Virus record (IMG/VR): IMGVR_UViG_3300032292_000267
Location: 1 to 45,403 of that record
Length of the DNA stretch: 45,403 nt
Direction: 5' to 3' (one strand)
From: a virus
Lineage: Duplodnaviria > Caudoviricetes
Below the pieces are notes generated by a model. That model was not told where the DNA came from, made no database searches, and saw only the letters and a program-made list of their open reading frames with translations. Numbering within the stretch: the stretch's first letter is position 1; each line of letters opens with the position of its first letter. The translations under genes and the position numbers were made by a program. Of this stretch, positions 1-9,397 are shown in pieces.

Positions 1-576
1 ACGATCTACTGTAGTTGTCTTCAGATGTTTAAAGGTGCAAAGTCTTGTTCCTTTCCAATTCTCTTCATACAAATAATTAAGTTTGAAGTAGAAAGCTCTT
101 TGTAAAGCAACGTAATTGCATGTTGGATCAAACCAATCCAGATCTTCAATTACATATGGATTGATGATTTCATCAGCATCACTTGTCATCACAATGTCAT
201 CGTCAGTTGCTCCTGCTTTGACAAGTCCATAGGCACTACATTCACGATTGTAAACAGCTCTTTGAAAGCGGATAGGCAAATCAATATATCGCGTTCCACT
301 TTCATCCGTGGTGCTGTAATCAGTATGAAATGGTTTCTTTACCAGATACTGACTAAAATCATTTGGAATTTCTTCAGTGATATTGTGAATGATTTTATCA
401 TTAAACTTACCAAACCTATCTTTGTTTTCTTGATAAAATAATGGTTTTTCATTTCCACTTACCGTGAATGGAGATTCGGTAAGGACAAAATAATCCACAA
501 CATCATTTAAGATGTTCAGACGAAGTTCTAATAAATCTAGCTCATTAAAGAAAATAAATGAATCAAATACTTTCAT
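1..576 (-). CDS. Glycosyltransferase family 17-like (beta-1,4-GlcNAc transferase-like), runs off the window edge
   Basis: Hand translation from ATG at 576: MKVFDSFIFFNELDLLELRLNILNDVVDYFVLTESPFTVSGNEKPLF, the typical GT17 N-terminus; not in the ORF track because it is truncated. Confidence 0.8.
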   Translation of the reverse strand, partial: MKVFDSFIFFNELDLLELRLNILNDVVDYFVLTESPFTVSGNEKPLFYQENKDRFGKFNDKIIHNITEEIPNDFSQYLVKKPFHTDYSTTDESGTRYIDLPIRFQRAVYNRECSAYGLVKAGATDDDIVMTSDADEIINPYVIEDLDWFDPTCNYVALQRAFYFKLNYLYEENWKGTRLCTFKHLKTTTVDR

Positions 577-579
577 GTC

Positions 580-1284
580 TCAACTCCTATAAATGACTTC
601 TAAGCAACGCTTCTCTCTATTATCAGTAAATCCACCATCAATATAAGGAGTTAGTCTATCCATATCAACTGCTGTTGGATCAACCCACCAATCCTCAAAA
701 GGATCATTGCCAACATTCGAAACGTTCTTAGCAATCATCACATATCCAAGAGATTCTAAAAGATCAATTTGTTCTTGTTGAACATGCATGTCTTGTCCCA
801 AGTAAATAGCTGTCTCGAAGCAGATTACAGAAAATCTGTAATTATCATGGGGAATTGCTTTAAGAGCATCTAAGGTTTGTTGTGCTGGTTCAATATCAAC
901 TTGCAAGAAGTCAATCTGATTTGGAAACTTATAATCTACAAAAAGTTTAGCATAGTCTGCTTTTGTTGCATCCTCACACAAACAAGGATTTTTTCTTTTA
1001 GAAACATACTTGTTCCATCCAGGTTCTAACCATTCAAAAGCTAGTCCAGTCCAATCATACTGAGATTCTAAAAGATAGGTATTATTAATTCCAATACCAT
1101 CATCACCACCAATCTCAAGATAAGTTCCATTTCTTTTTCCATCAAGAACACTTAATGTAAAAATGTCCTGAAGAGATTGTGAGTAATTTTGCTCTATATC
1201 ATCTGCGGTTTTAAAATTAACCCTAAGATTTTCGCAATTTTCTTTGAAATAAGTATTAGGATTAATGTATTCAGGGTTTACCAT
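580..1284 (-). CDS. FkbM-like SAM-dependent methyltransferase
   Basis: SQSLQD, GTYLEIGG..G...NNTYLLE, W.G...E, IDFLQVDIE and ICFE motifs. Confidence 0.75.
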   Translation of the reverse strand: MVNPEYINPNTYFKENCENLRVNFKTADDIEQNYSQSLQDIFTLSVLDGKRNGTYLEIGGDDGIGINNTYLLESQYDWTGLAFEWLEPGWNKYVSKRKNPCLCEDATKADYAKLFVDYKFPNQIDFLQVDIEPAQQTLDALKAIPHDNYRFSVICFETAIYLGQDMHVQQEQIDLLESLGYVMIAKNVSNVGNDPFEDWWVDPTAVDMDRLTPYIDGGFTDNREKRCLEVIYRS

Positions 1285-2276
1285 TAGTTTCTCCAGTAAT
1301 CATAGATGTTTTTCGTAACTTCATATTCCATTCTTTTAACCTTTCTATTTGGTTGAGACATAGCCCAAACAAATACACTTTCAACTAAGTCATGAAGATT
1401 GGTTTCATCCTTAAATTCTAACATAGTTTTTGCTTTTGTATGATCACAATATGCATGTTTAACTTCATGGCGGGGTTCGCCATGTTCAATCGGCACTTCA
1501 TAACCATACTTTTTAGCAATAGTTTGAACCGTTTCAGCAACTTCATTTAGTGAGAAATACTTATCCGCACCAATGTTAAAAGTCTCCCCGTCAAAATCAG
1601 TGAGAAGTTTATCAAATGGTTCCATATAATATTTGATATCTGAGAACGCACGAGTCTGCTCTCCATCACCATAAACAAGAATTGGTTCTCCATTCAATGC
1701 TTTACGAATAAAGATACCAATCACATTGCGGTATTTGTCCCAAATATTTTGATAGATACCAAGAACATTGTGAGGACGAACGATATTATAACGAAGTCCA
1801 AACTGTTCATGTGCAAGTCTCAAATCACACTCAACAGCATACTTAGCAATTCCATATGGATCAATTGGTTGTGGACGTTTATCTTCAGTGAATGGAGGTT
1901 CCTGTTCACCATAAACAGCCATACTAGATGTGAAGATAAACTTAGTATTGTGAGCAATGCATTCGTTAATCAAGTTTGCAGAGCAAACAAGATTATTTCG
2001 GTAATTGTAATTACGAATAAAAGGCGATAGTCCTTCTGCAGCATAAGCAGCAAAGTGAACTAGAATATCTGGTTTATGTTCTTCAAAAAGTTCTACAACC
2101 TTTTTTCTTTTTTCAAGATTAAGTTTTACAAAAGTAAAATTTTCTCCCTTGGGAACAAATGCCTTATATCCACCAGAGAGATCATCAATACCAATAACTT
2201 GATGATTATTTTGAATTAGGTGTCTTGTATAATTTGCGCCTAGAAGTCCAGCGCATCCAGTTACAAATATTTTCAT
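1284..2276 (-). CDS. NAD-dependent nucleotide-sugar epimerase/dehydratase (GalE/WcaG-like)
   Basis: GCAGLLG Rossmann motif, TSSMAVYG, YGIAK catalytic YxxxK. Confidence 0.9.
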   Translation of the reverse strand: MKIFVTGCAGLLGANYTRHLIQNNHQVIGIDDLSGGYKAFVPKGENFTFVKLNLEKRKKVVELFEEHKPDILVHFAAYAAEGLSPFIRNYNYRNNLVCSANLINECIAHNTKFIFTSSMAVYGEQEPPFTEDKRPQPIDPYGIAKYAVECDLRLAHEQFGLRYNIVRPHNVLGIYQNIWDKYRNVIGIFIRKALNGEPILVYGDGEQTRAFSDIKYYMEPFDKLLTDFDGETFNIGADKYFSLNEVAETVQTIAKKYGYEVPIEHGEPRHEVKHAYCDHTKAKTMLEFKDETNLHDLVESVFVWAMSQPNRKVKRMEYEVTKNIYDYWRN

Positions 2277-3103
2277 TCTGGTAATTGATATTCTAACATT
2301 AATTTTCTTTGCTCAGAATCATTCAGCCAACTACAAGGATAGACTGGAATATATCCTTCTAGTTCTACCTCATAAACTGTAACATCCGTACCATAAAGCA
2401 TAGAACAATTTAAATGTTCTGTCAAGTAAACATTAGACGCATAAAGGTTTTTAATGTTCTTTGAGCACAAAGCTGCCGAGACTGCAAATGTCCCAACTCC
2501 GCCAGTTGCTAAATTCTTTGCTGCCAATAACGTGGCATAATCTTCAGCAATAGAAAGAGATTGGAACTTTAGTCGATCAATTTTTCTTAACTCAGGAACA
2601 ACTGGGTTATTATTTTCTTTTTCAGCGACAACAATAACTTTTTTAAAATCTTCAATTAATGCAAGATAATATGATAAAGGATTCTGAACGTAATTATGCG
2701 GAGCATCTACTGGATACTCATGTGCAATAATATCACCACCACGAATATGAATCACCAGAGTATCATCATCAAACGGTTCTAACTCTGGGACTTTAAGATG
2801 AGGATAAATGTATTCTTTACATATTCTTCTCATGTTTGAATATACCTGATCTTTGCCTACACCAATCTCATTTCCGCCGTCTAGAGTTTTATTTCCACAG
2901 TTTACGATTGGTTCCCAAGTATAAAATCTACCAGTTCCAGAATCTTGATTCTCTCCAAATTTAATAGAAAATTTATCAAGAATTTCATGATCTAGAGACT
3001 GAGTAAAAGTATTTTTCGTTGCTTCAGCCAACATAATGGCATTTGCTGTTTGTTGAATATTATTACCAACTCTTCCAGACCAGTGAGAAACCGAATATGT
3101 CAT
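2273..3103 (-). CDS. Putative GT11-like (fucosyltransferase-like) glycosyltransferase
   Basis: GRVGNNIQQ (cf. GRLGNQMFQ), HIRGGD (cf. HxRRGD), PLSYY and GTF motifs. Confidence 0.6.
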   Translation of the reverse strand: MTYSVSHWSGRVGNNIQQTANAIMLAEATKNTFTQSLDHEILDKFSIKFGENQDSGTGRFYTWEPIVNCGNKTLDGGNEIGVGKDQVYSNMRRICKEYIYPHLKVPELEPFDDDTLVIHIRGGDIIAHEYPVDAPHNYVQNPLSYYLALIEDFKKVIVVAEKENNNPVVPELRKIDRLKFQSLSIAEDYATLLAAKNLATGGVGTFAVSAALCSKNIKNLYASNVYLTEHLNCSMLYGTDVTVYEVELEGYIPVYPCSWLNDSEQRKLMLEYQLPE

Positions 3104-3681
3104 TGAGTAAATTCAACCTCTTTTCTTGTAATGTAAAGGCAAAGGCAATCCTCCTCAAGAGAATCTAAAGCCAATTGCTGAACATCAAAATTGTTAAAAC
3201 AATCAACAACATTCTCAATTGTAATATCTTCCCAATCTTCTGCGTGAGTTGTGCCAAAGAGTCGAAGATCATCAACCAAGATGAGTCCAGCATCTGGTTT
3301 GTAAAGTTCATCAATTGCTTTACACTCTTCTAAGAGGGGGACATCTTTTTCTCCTTTAGATGTGCATCCATGAGAGAAATGTCCATCTAACCAAAATACA
3401 CACTTTTCAGTTTCTTCAAACTGTTTCAGTAATTCTGGAATTACATTAGTGCTATCTCCATAATGAATTTTTACATTTCCATATGGAGGATGAGTTGAAA
3501 GAAAATTGTTGTAAAGATCCATTGAAATTTCAATGGTGTGAAACTGTTTGAAATATGGTTGCATATTACGAACCGTATCTCCCATGTAAGTTCCGGTTTC
3601 TACGCAAATTGGATATTCATCAGAATCAATATCAAATTTTTCTACGATTTTATTTAATTTTTCAATAGTTAGCATTGGCAT
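3100..3681 (-). CDS. Class I SAM-dependent methyltransferase-like protein
   Basis: VETGTYMG, HTIEI, GDS, FWLDGH and ILVDD motifs. Confidence 0.65.
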   Translation of the reverse strand: MPMLTIEKLNKIVEKFDIDSDEYPICVETGTYMGDTVRNMQPYFKQFHTIEISMDLYNNFLSTHPPYGNVKIHYGDSTNVIPELLKQFEETEKCVFWLDGHFSHGCTSKGEKDVPLLEECKAIDELYKPDAGLILVDDLRLFGTTHAEDWEDITIENVVDCFNNFDVQQLALDSLEEDCLCLYITRKEVEFTQ

Positions 3682-4538
3682 TAGATGTACTCCTTTCTCA
3701 TCTCTTCAAAAACTTTTGCGATACCTTTATCTAAGGTGGTTTTAGGCATCCACCACCCAGTAATATAATTGTCTGCTTCGTTTCTCTTGTCCATCTGAAC
3801 ACTATCTTTAGCGATTCCCGGTTTAATCTTTACATCAAACTTTTCAATTAGATTGAATTGTCCTTTAATCAGTTCAGCAACTCTCTTGATAGAATCATTT
3901 CTAAAAGAGGTAATGTGAAGAGGATCCGTTGGTTTAAAATCAGAATAACAATTCATGATTGTTTCAAGAGCCTCACAACAATCTTCTGCATAAAGAAACT
4001 GACGCTCTTCTGTTCCATCAGTGAGCATTTCAAACTCACACTCTTCAAATCCTCTACGAATGAAGTCTGTAATAACATGAGACTTCTCGTGATCATTTTC
4101 CACACCATAGACGTTCCAGAACTTTACAGTCAATCCATTAAGAGTTTGAGTGTAAAGTTCCCCCACTCTTTTCAAAACTCCATATGGAGAGTAACTCATG
4201 TTACTCATTTGAGATGAAGCAAAGACAAATGGTTTACGGTATTCAGCAAGATACTGAAAGACGTTTGCCATCAGTCTTGTATTGTTATTGATAAAGTCAT
4301 AGGTATGCTGATACTTCTTTAGATACCTAGAACCACCAACATCAAAGGCAAGAAAAAATACAAAATCAGCAAGACGAATATCGTGCATTAATTTTGTATT
4401 AGGAATCTTCGTAAGATCCTGTTCCTCACCATTAGCAACGTCAAACTCAGTTACTTCGTGCCCTTTATTGCGAAGATATTCGGTTAAGTAAGCACCAATT
4501 TGCCCACTAGAACCTAAAATAGTTACTTTCATAATCAA
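3681..4538 (-). CDS. NAD-dependent epimerase/dehydratase
   Basis: GSSGQIG, FASS, YGVLK, NVYG, RQFLYAED. Confidence 0.85.
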   Translation of the reverse strand: MIMKVTILGSSGQIGAYLTEYLRNKGHEVTEFDVANGEEQDLTKIPNTKLMHDIRLADFVFFLAFDVGGSRYLKKYQHTYDFINNNTRLMANVFQYLAEYRKPFVFASSQMSNMSYSPYGVLKRVGELYTQTLNGLTVKFWNVYGVENDHEKSHVITDFIRRGFEECEFEMLTDGTEERQFLYAEDCCEALETIMNCYSDFKPTDPLHITSFRNDSIKRVAELIKGQFNLIEKFDVKIKPGIAKDSVQMDKRNEADNYITGWWMPKTTLDKGIAKVFEEMRKEYI

Positions 4539-5611
4539 ACGGGATGATGAAATGGACGATATTCAATATCAGAAATCTGAGACTGAATCCAGTTGTATGT
4601 CTTACGAATCCCTTCTTCTAGAGATTGTGAATAGTTCCAACCAAGTTTCTCACGAATAAGATCGTTGTTGGAATTACGTCCACGAACTCCAAGAGGGGCA
4701 TCTAGTTTATGTTGTTTGCTAACTTCTTTGCCCGCAACCTTAGCAGCAGTTTCAACAAGTTGATTAATAGTTACCATTTCTTCAGAACCAATATTGACTG
4801 GTCCGATAAAATCAGAATCCATCATACGACGAGTTGCCTCAATACACTCATCAATATAAAGGAATGAACGAGTCTGTTTACCATCACCCCAAACTTCTAT
4901 TGTTCCACCTTCTTCTGGAAGATATGCTACTTTACGACAGATTGCTGCAGGAGCCTTTTCTCTTCCACCTTCCCAGGTTCCCTCTGGTCCGAATATATTA
5001 TGATATCTAACAACACGTACAGGAATATTATGGTTGCGATGATAAGCAAAGTAGAGGCGTTCCGAGAACAGTTTTTCCCAACCATATTCAGAGTCCGGAT
5101 TTGCTGGATAAGCAGATTCTTCACGACAATCGGGATTATCGGGATCAAGTTGGTTATGCTCTGGATACATGCAGGCAGATCCAGAATAAAAGATTTTAGT
5201 TTTGTTTACATCTTTGAGTTCATTCAGTTGACGTTGTTCATCAAGAACATTCAGATTGATTGTGACTGAATTGTGCATAATGTCTGCATCGTTTTCTCCA
5301 GTGAAAACAAATCCTGCACCACCCATATCAGCTGCAAACTGATAGATCTCATCGAAGGGTTGAGCAAACTTATCAACAATTTGTTGATAAAAATTTCCCA
5401 AGTATCCAGTGAAGCGGACACAACGACGAACAAAGGTTACATCACGAAGATCGCCAAGAATAAATTCATCTGCTTCGCTAATTGAATATTCAGGATACTT
5501 AAGATCTACACCACGAACCCAATAACCTTCTGCTCTCAGTCTTTTTACCATGTGGTTGCCAATAAAACCACCAGCACCAAGAACAAGTGCTGTTTTTTTA
5601 TAATCATCCAT
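4535..5611 (-). CDS. GDP-mannose 3,5-epimerase-like NAD-dependent epimerase
   Basis: GAGGFIG, FAADMGGAGF, SACMYP, YGWEK, GGREKAPAAICRK and GVRGRNS, all characteristic of the GME family. Confidence 0.85.
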   Translation of the reverse strand: MDDYKKTALVLGAGGFIGNHMVKRLRAEGYWVRGVDLKYPEYSISEADEFILGDLRDVTFVRRCVRFTGYLGNFYQQIVDKFAQPFDEIYQFAADMGGAGFVFTGENDADIMHNSVTINLNVLDEQRQLNELKDVNKTKIFYSGSACMYPEHNQLDPDNPDCREESAYPANPDSEYGWEKLFSERLYFAYHRNHNIPVRVVRYHNIFGPEGTWEGGREKAPAAICRKVAYLPEEGGTIEVWGDGKQTRSFLYIDECIEATRRMMDSDFIGPVNIGSEEMVTINQLVETAAKVAGKEVSKQHKLDAPLGVRGRNSNNDLIREKLGWNYSQSLEEGIRKTYNWIQSQISDIEYRPFHHPV

Positions 5612-5637
5612 AGATTAATAAATTACTCCTAGTATGT

Positions 5638-5666
5638 ATTATAGTTCAAGAACAGATGGTTTGCAA
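5638..5666 (-). promoter_or_regulatory. Sigma70-type promoter TTGCAA-17-TATAAT
   Basis: Read directly on the minus strand just upstream of the GME-like gene. Confidence 0.6.
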
Positions 5667-6467
5667 GCCTTCTTCTAGTGAGATTTTTTGTTCAAATCCT
5701 AAAGATTTGAGTTTGTCTGCATTCAAGGCAAAATTCTTTGCTTGCGCTATTTGATTAAATCTTGGAGTTTCAATTGAGACTAATTCACTCTCACTTTCAA
5801 GATTTTTCTTAACCATCTCGATAATTTCTCTAAATGGTAGAGCAGTTCCACTCGCAATATTATAAATTTGATTTACCTCTCCTCTATCTATGACAAGTTT
5901 AAGTGCTCTACAGATATCACTCACATGCATATAATCTCTAAGTTGCATACCATCATCATATAGAGTGATAGGCTCATTATGACGCATCAACTCAATTAAA
6001 AATCCAAGGACATTCTTTCTTGCAGAGACAGTTTTATCCTGTCCATAAACATTTGCGATTCTCATGATGCGATACTTAACATCAAATGTTTTACAGAATG
6101 AGATTAAAAGTTGTTCTGCAGTTCTTTTTGTAATTGAATAAAATCCTCTTGGATCACAGTGATCATCTTCTTTTGCATAAACAATATCAGAACCATAAAC
6201 AAATCCTGTGCTGACATAATTAAAGATAAGATCATTATCTTTGCAATGTTGAAGAACATCAAGAAGAACTGTAAGATTAGTATCTACATCTAAATGCAGA
6301 TCATCAAACACATTGTAGTTTGAAATTGTACTGATTAGGTAAAGAATATTTTTTGAACTGGGTTTTCTTTGTTCTCTGGGAATTTGAATTACTTCCTCAG
6401 GAAACATATTACAAAAGGTGCCACCAATAAAACCAGTGGCACCATAGACAGAAATCTTATCAGACAT
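5646..6467 (-). CDS. NAD-dependent epimerase/dehydratase
   Basis: GATGFIG, YSITK, NVYG, RDYMHVSD; start trimmed to MSDKI, which overlaps the rmlC stop. Confidence 0.85.
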   Translation of the reverse strand: MSDKISVYGATGFIGGTFCNMFPEEVIQIPREQRKPSSKNILYLISTISNYNVFDDLHLDVDTNLTVLLDVLQHCKDNDLIFNYVSTGFVYGSDIVYAKEDDHCDPRGFYSITKRTAEQLLISFCKTFDVKYRIMRIANVYGQDKTVSARKNVLGFLIELMRHNEPITLYDDGMQLRDYMHVSDICRALKLVIDRGEVNQIYNIASGTALPFREIIEMVKKNLESESELVSIETPRFNQIAQAKNFALNADKLKSLGFEQKISLEEGLQTICS

Positions 6468-6999
6468 ATTTTTCACAATTAACAAACGTTTTTCCAAGTT
6501 TATCTTTTGGAGAAAGAATTGGTTCGTCTACTATTCCCCAATCAATATTAAGAACAGAGTCATTCCACAGAAGGGTTCTTTCGTGCTCTGGATAGTAATA
6601 GTCAGTAATTTTATATGTTACTTCAGCTTGATCAGAAATGACATAAAAACCATGAGCAAATCCAGCAGGAACCCATACTTGTTTGTCATTTGAGTCAAGT
6701 AAGATTTTAGTATATTTTCCAAAGGTAGGAGAATAAACACGAAGATCTACAACCACATCTAAAACAATTCCAGAAGTACAACGAACCAATTTACCCTGAG
6801 GATTTTCAACTTGATAATGAAGTCCTCTTAAAACACCTTTGACAGACTGTGAATGATTATCTTGGACGAAATTTTTTACACCAGTAATTGCTTCAAACTT
6901 TTCATCATTAAAAACCTCAATAAAAAATCCCCTATCATCTTCAAACTTTTTGTTTGTGATGATGTAAACATCTTTAAGGGTTGTTCCGATTGCATTCAT
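6460..6999 (-). CDS. rmlC: dTDP-4-dehydrorhamnose 3,5-epimerase
   Basis: DDRGFF, FVQDNHS.S..GVLRGLHYQ, QGKLVRC, VPAGFAHGF, LSPKD. Confidence 0.95.
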   Translation of the reverse strand: MNAIGTTLKDVYIITNKKFEDDRGFFIEVFNDEKFEAITGVKNFVQDNHSQSVKGVLRGLHYQVENPQGKLVRCTSGIVLDVVVDLRVYSPTFGKYTKILLDSNDKQVWVPAGFAHGFYVISDQAEVTYKITDYYYPEHERTLLWNDSVLNIDWGIVDEPILSPKDKLGKTFVNCEKYV

Positions 7000-7906
7000 A
7001 CCATTTAATAGTCTTTTCTAAACCTTCTTCAAGATTAAAGCGTGGAGCCCATTTAATTTCATGTCGAATTTTAGTAATACTTGTCGAATACCTTCGATCA
7101 TGTCCTGGGCGATCTTCAACATATTCTATCATATTTTCTCCCATGTTCAAATAATCTAGAATCATTCTAACTAAATCAATATTTTTAACCTCACACTCTC
7201 CACCAATATTATACTTCTGTCCTACTCTTCCACGACTCCAAACTTCAACTAGTGCTTCACAGTGATCTTGGACATACAACCAATCTCTAATTTGTTTTCC
7301 ATCACCATAGATAGGAACTTTCTTACCATCCAGCAAATTCAAAATTGTTTGAGGAATCAATTTTTCTTTATATTGCCTAGGTCCATAATTATTTGAGCAG
7401 TTAGTGATAATTGTAGGCAATCCATATGTATTATGAAATGCATTCACAAAATGATCACTTGACGCTTTTGATGCTGAGTAAGGATTGCGAGGGTTGTAAT
7501 TTGATTTTTCGGTAAAAGAATCTTCTTCTATAGTCCCATAAACTTCATCCGTTGAGATATGCATAAAACGATCAACTTCATACTTCAGAGAAAGTTTAAG
7601 TAGGTTAACCGTACCAACGATATTGGTATGAATGAATTGAGAACAATCTTTAATTGAATTATCTACATGACTTTCTGCTGCCAAATGAAAAATTGTTTTT
7701 GGTTTATATTTTTTAAAGATATATTCACAATTATGCTCATCAGCAATGTCTGTCGTATAAAGAACAACGGGATCTGGAATGTTGTGCCAGTCGGATGCAT
7801 AAGTCAAATTATCAACGCAAATAATCTCATCATCTACAGTATTAACTAAATGATGTAGAAGATTACTTCCAATAAATCCTGCGGCGCCAGTAACTAATAT
7901 TGTCAT
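6974..7906 (-). CDS. rmlB: dTDP-glucose 4,6-dehydratase
   Basis: GAAGFIG, DNLTYA, AAESHVDNSI, STDEVYG, PYSASKA, NNYGP, DRPGHDRRY. Confidence 0.95.
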   Translation of the reverse strand: MTILVTGAAGFIGSNLLHHLVNTVDDEIICVDNLTYASDWHNIPDPVVLYTTDIADEHNCEYIFKKYKPKTIFHLAAESHVDNSIKDCSQFIHTNIVGTVNLLKLSLKYEVDRFMHISTDEVYGTIEEDSFTEKSNYNPRNPYSASKASSDHFVNAFHNTYGLPTIITNCSNNYGPRQYKEKLIPQTILNLLDGKKVPIYGDGKQIRDWLYVQDHCEALVEVWSRGRVGQKYNIGGECEVKNIDLVRMILDYLNMGENMIEYVEDRPGHDRRYSTSITKIRHEIKWAPRFNLEEGLEKTIKWYECNRNNP

Positions 7907-8409
7907 TGTTGATTATTTTTGACTGAATATTTTTCCAGAAGTTCTGGAGAGTACTGCTCAAGAACACTCTCTTCTAGTTTTTCAATTCTTTTCTGTTTTT
8001 CCAACTGATAAACTCTGTTTCGAATTTCCGTTGAGGAATATTTATGTTTTCTTGAATGGAAAAAAAGTTCGATACCATGATCAATACAGTGTTGTTTTCC
8101 AGTAAAATCTCTATCTTTATACTCTTCACTCAAAAATCTAATATGAATCGTTTGAGTTTGAATTAAATTGAGAAGATCTTCTTCGGTTTCATAAACCAAA
8201 ATCTCATCGACATATTTGCAAGCTTGCAATTGAACATATCGTTCATATACAGATTGTGTTGGTTTATTTTTAATACCAGGGCGATCGATTGTAGGATCAA
8301 CTTGAAGTGCTACCTTTAAATAGTCACACATTTCTTTTTCCATTTTAAGCATGGTGACATGTCCAGCATGAAACAAATCAAATGAACTACAATTAAATCC
8401 GATTTTCAT
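7903..8409 (-). CDS. Glycerol-3-phosphate cytidylyltransferase-like (TagD family) nucleotidyltransferase
   Basis: FDLFHAGH (HxGH), CKYVDEI and R...YSSTEIR motifs; start MKIGF chosen (upstream alternative 8415). Confidence 0.85.
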   Translation of the reverse strand: MKIGFNCSSFDLFHAGHVTMLKMEKEMCDYLKVALQVDPTIDRPGIKNKPTQSVYERYVQLQACKYVDEILVYETEEDLLNLIQTQTIHIRFLSEEYKDRDFTGKQHCIDHGIELFFHSRKHKYSSTEIRNRVYQLEKQKRIEKLEESVLEQYSPELLEKYSVKNNQQ

Positions 8410-8430
8410 ATACAAAAAATATCTTGCTAG

Positions 8431-8467
8431 ATTATACTAAAAAAGGAGAGTTTATGCAACTCTCCCC
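8431..8467 (-). terminator. Intrinsic terminator overlapping a sigma70 promoter (TTGCAT-17-TATAAT)
   Basis: GGAGAGTT-GCATA-AACTCTCC hairpin followed by T6; the -35 hexamer spans the stem/loop and TATAAT follows the T-tract. Confidence 0.75.
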
Positions 8468-8475
8468 TAGGTCTT

Positions 8476-8546
8476 TCAGGCTCGCCACCAATTCTTTGAC
8501 TGGAAATTGGAAACCAGGCGGAGAAAGAATTCCCCATCCGCACCAA
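8476..8546 (-). ncRNA. wcaG-like cis-regulatory RNA (3' part of a manA-like modular RNA)
   Basis: TTGGTGCGGATGGGG..CTCCGCCTGGTTTCCAATTTCCAGTCAAAGAATTGGTGGCGAGCC with CTGG/CCAG and CCAATT/AATTGG pseudoknot pairings; lies upstream of WcaG-like epimerase genes; family recalled, not searched. Confidence 0.7.
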
Positions 8547-8600
8547 CTGCCCTTGAGAGAGGCAGTAAACTCATAATAGGGTCATATTTGACTCCACCAC

Positions 8601-8834
8601 TTAGTTTTGCGAAACTAAGAAAAGTTGGGTTAACTTTGATATCTCGGAAATACCAAAGAATGCTATAAGAAATAACACGTCCCAAAGTTTAAGTTTGATA
8701 GCAAAAGGAATACTAAGTAGTCCCCCGATAAACTTTATCATCAAACCGTTTTTAAAATCTCCCCATAACATGATTTGATAACCAAGTAAGAGGAGAAAGT
8801 TGCCAATGTATCTCAGGATACTTGTTTTAGACAT
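8601..8834 (-). CDS. Small multi-pass membrane protein embedded in the manA-like RNA
   Basis: 77 aa with about three hydrophobic segments. Confidence 0.65.
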   Translation of the reverse strand: MSKTSILRYIGNFLLLLGYQIMLWGDFKNGLMIKFIGGLLSIPFAIKLKLWDVLFLIAFFGISEISKLTQLFLVSQN

Positions 8835-8862
8835 AAGGGGTTTTCATCACCGACCAGTACTT

Positions 8863-9129
8863 TTAAAGACTCTCCGTGTCTTCATCGTCTCCTTTCACGT
8901 AAGCAGGAACCCTATCAGGATCCAACCAACAAGTGTAGTCAAAGTCTTCCATCGCAGTCATTAATTGCATTTCATTATCGCAGAGATACATGTCACGATA
9001 CCTACCAGTGTAAGAATCTACTTTTTGAATACGACAGTCAGGTTTTCCATTGATTTCCAAAGTACCTACCTGAATATAACGATAAGGAAACCGCTCCATA
9101 AGAACGGTTGGTTTTTTAGTCAATTTCAT
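8863..9129 (-). CDS. Cyanophage-type hypothetical protein
   Basis: Coupled to the upstream ORF (TGATG overlap); coding-strand orientation. Confidence 0.7.
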   Translation of the reverse strand: MKLTKKPTVLMERFPYRYIQVGTLEINGKPDCRIQKVDSYTGRYRDMYLCDNEMQLMTAMEDFDYTCWLDPDRVPAYVKGDDEDTESL

Positions 9130-9344
9130 CAAGCAACCTCAACAGATTCAAGATCAGCAAGAACATATTCCATGAGAATCTCATAATCATCCAAAGGATC
9201 ACCAGAGAATACTATTCCCTCATTTTCGTAGTAACGACGAACCTTTTTGTAGAGTTTCGGATTCTTTACATCAAGGTAGAACTCGCCGTTTGCCGCACCA
9301 CGGAGGGTTTGAACGTCTTTTTTGAACTTAGCAGTGAGAGTCAT
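9129..9344 (-). CDS. Cyanophage-type hypothetical protein
   Basis: 71 aa ORF directly behind a consensus promoter. Confidence 0.7.
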   Translation of the reverse strand: MTLTAKFKKDVQTLRGAANGEFYLDVKNPKLYKKVRRYYENEGIVFSGDPLDDYEILMEYVLADLESVEVA

Positions 9345-9366
9345 TGTTTTGAATGTTGACCTATGT

Positions 9367-9396
9367 ATTATACAGGTTTGACAGGGATTCTGTCAA
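9367..9396 (-). promoter_or_regulatory. Sigma70 promoter TTGACA-18-TATAAT with an inverted repeat over the -35 box
   Basis: TTGACAG-AATCC-CTGTCAA; begins 2 nt after the tRNA(CAT) 3' end. Confidence 0.7.
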
Positions 9397-9397
9397 G

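Noticed and set aside
1-8415. Bacterial LPS locus, implying a prophage or host contamination
   Set aside because: Same strand and tight packing as the phage genes, contiguous with cyanophage-type RNAs and ORFs, and no integrase or host housekeeping context
8476-8685. 69 aa minus-strand ORF
   Set aside because: Coincides with the structured wcaG/manA-like RNA and overlaps the membrane ORF in another frame
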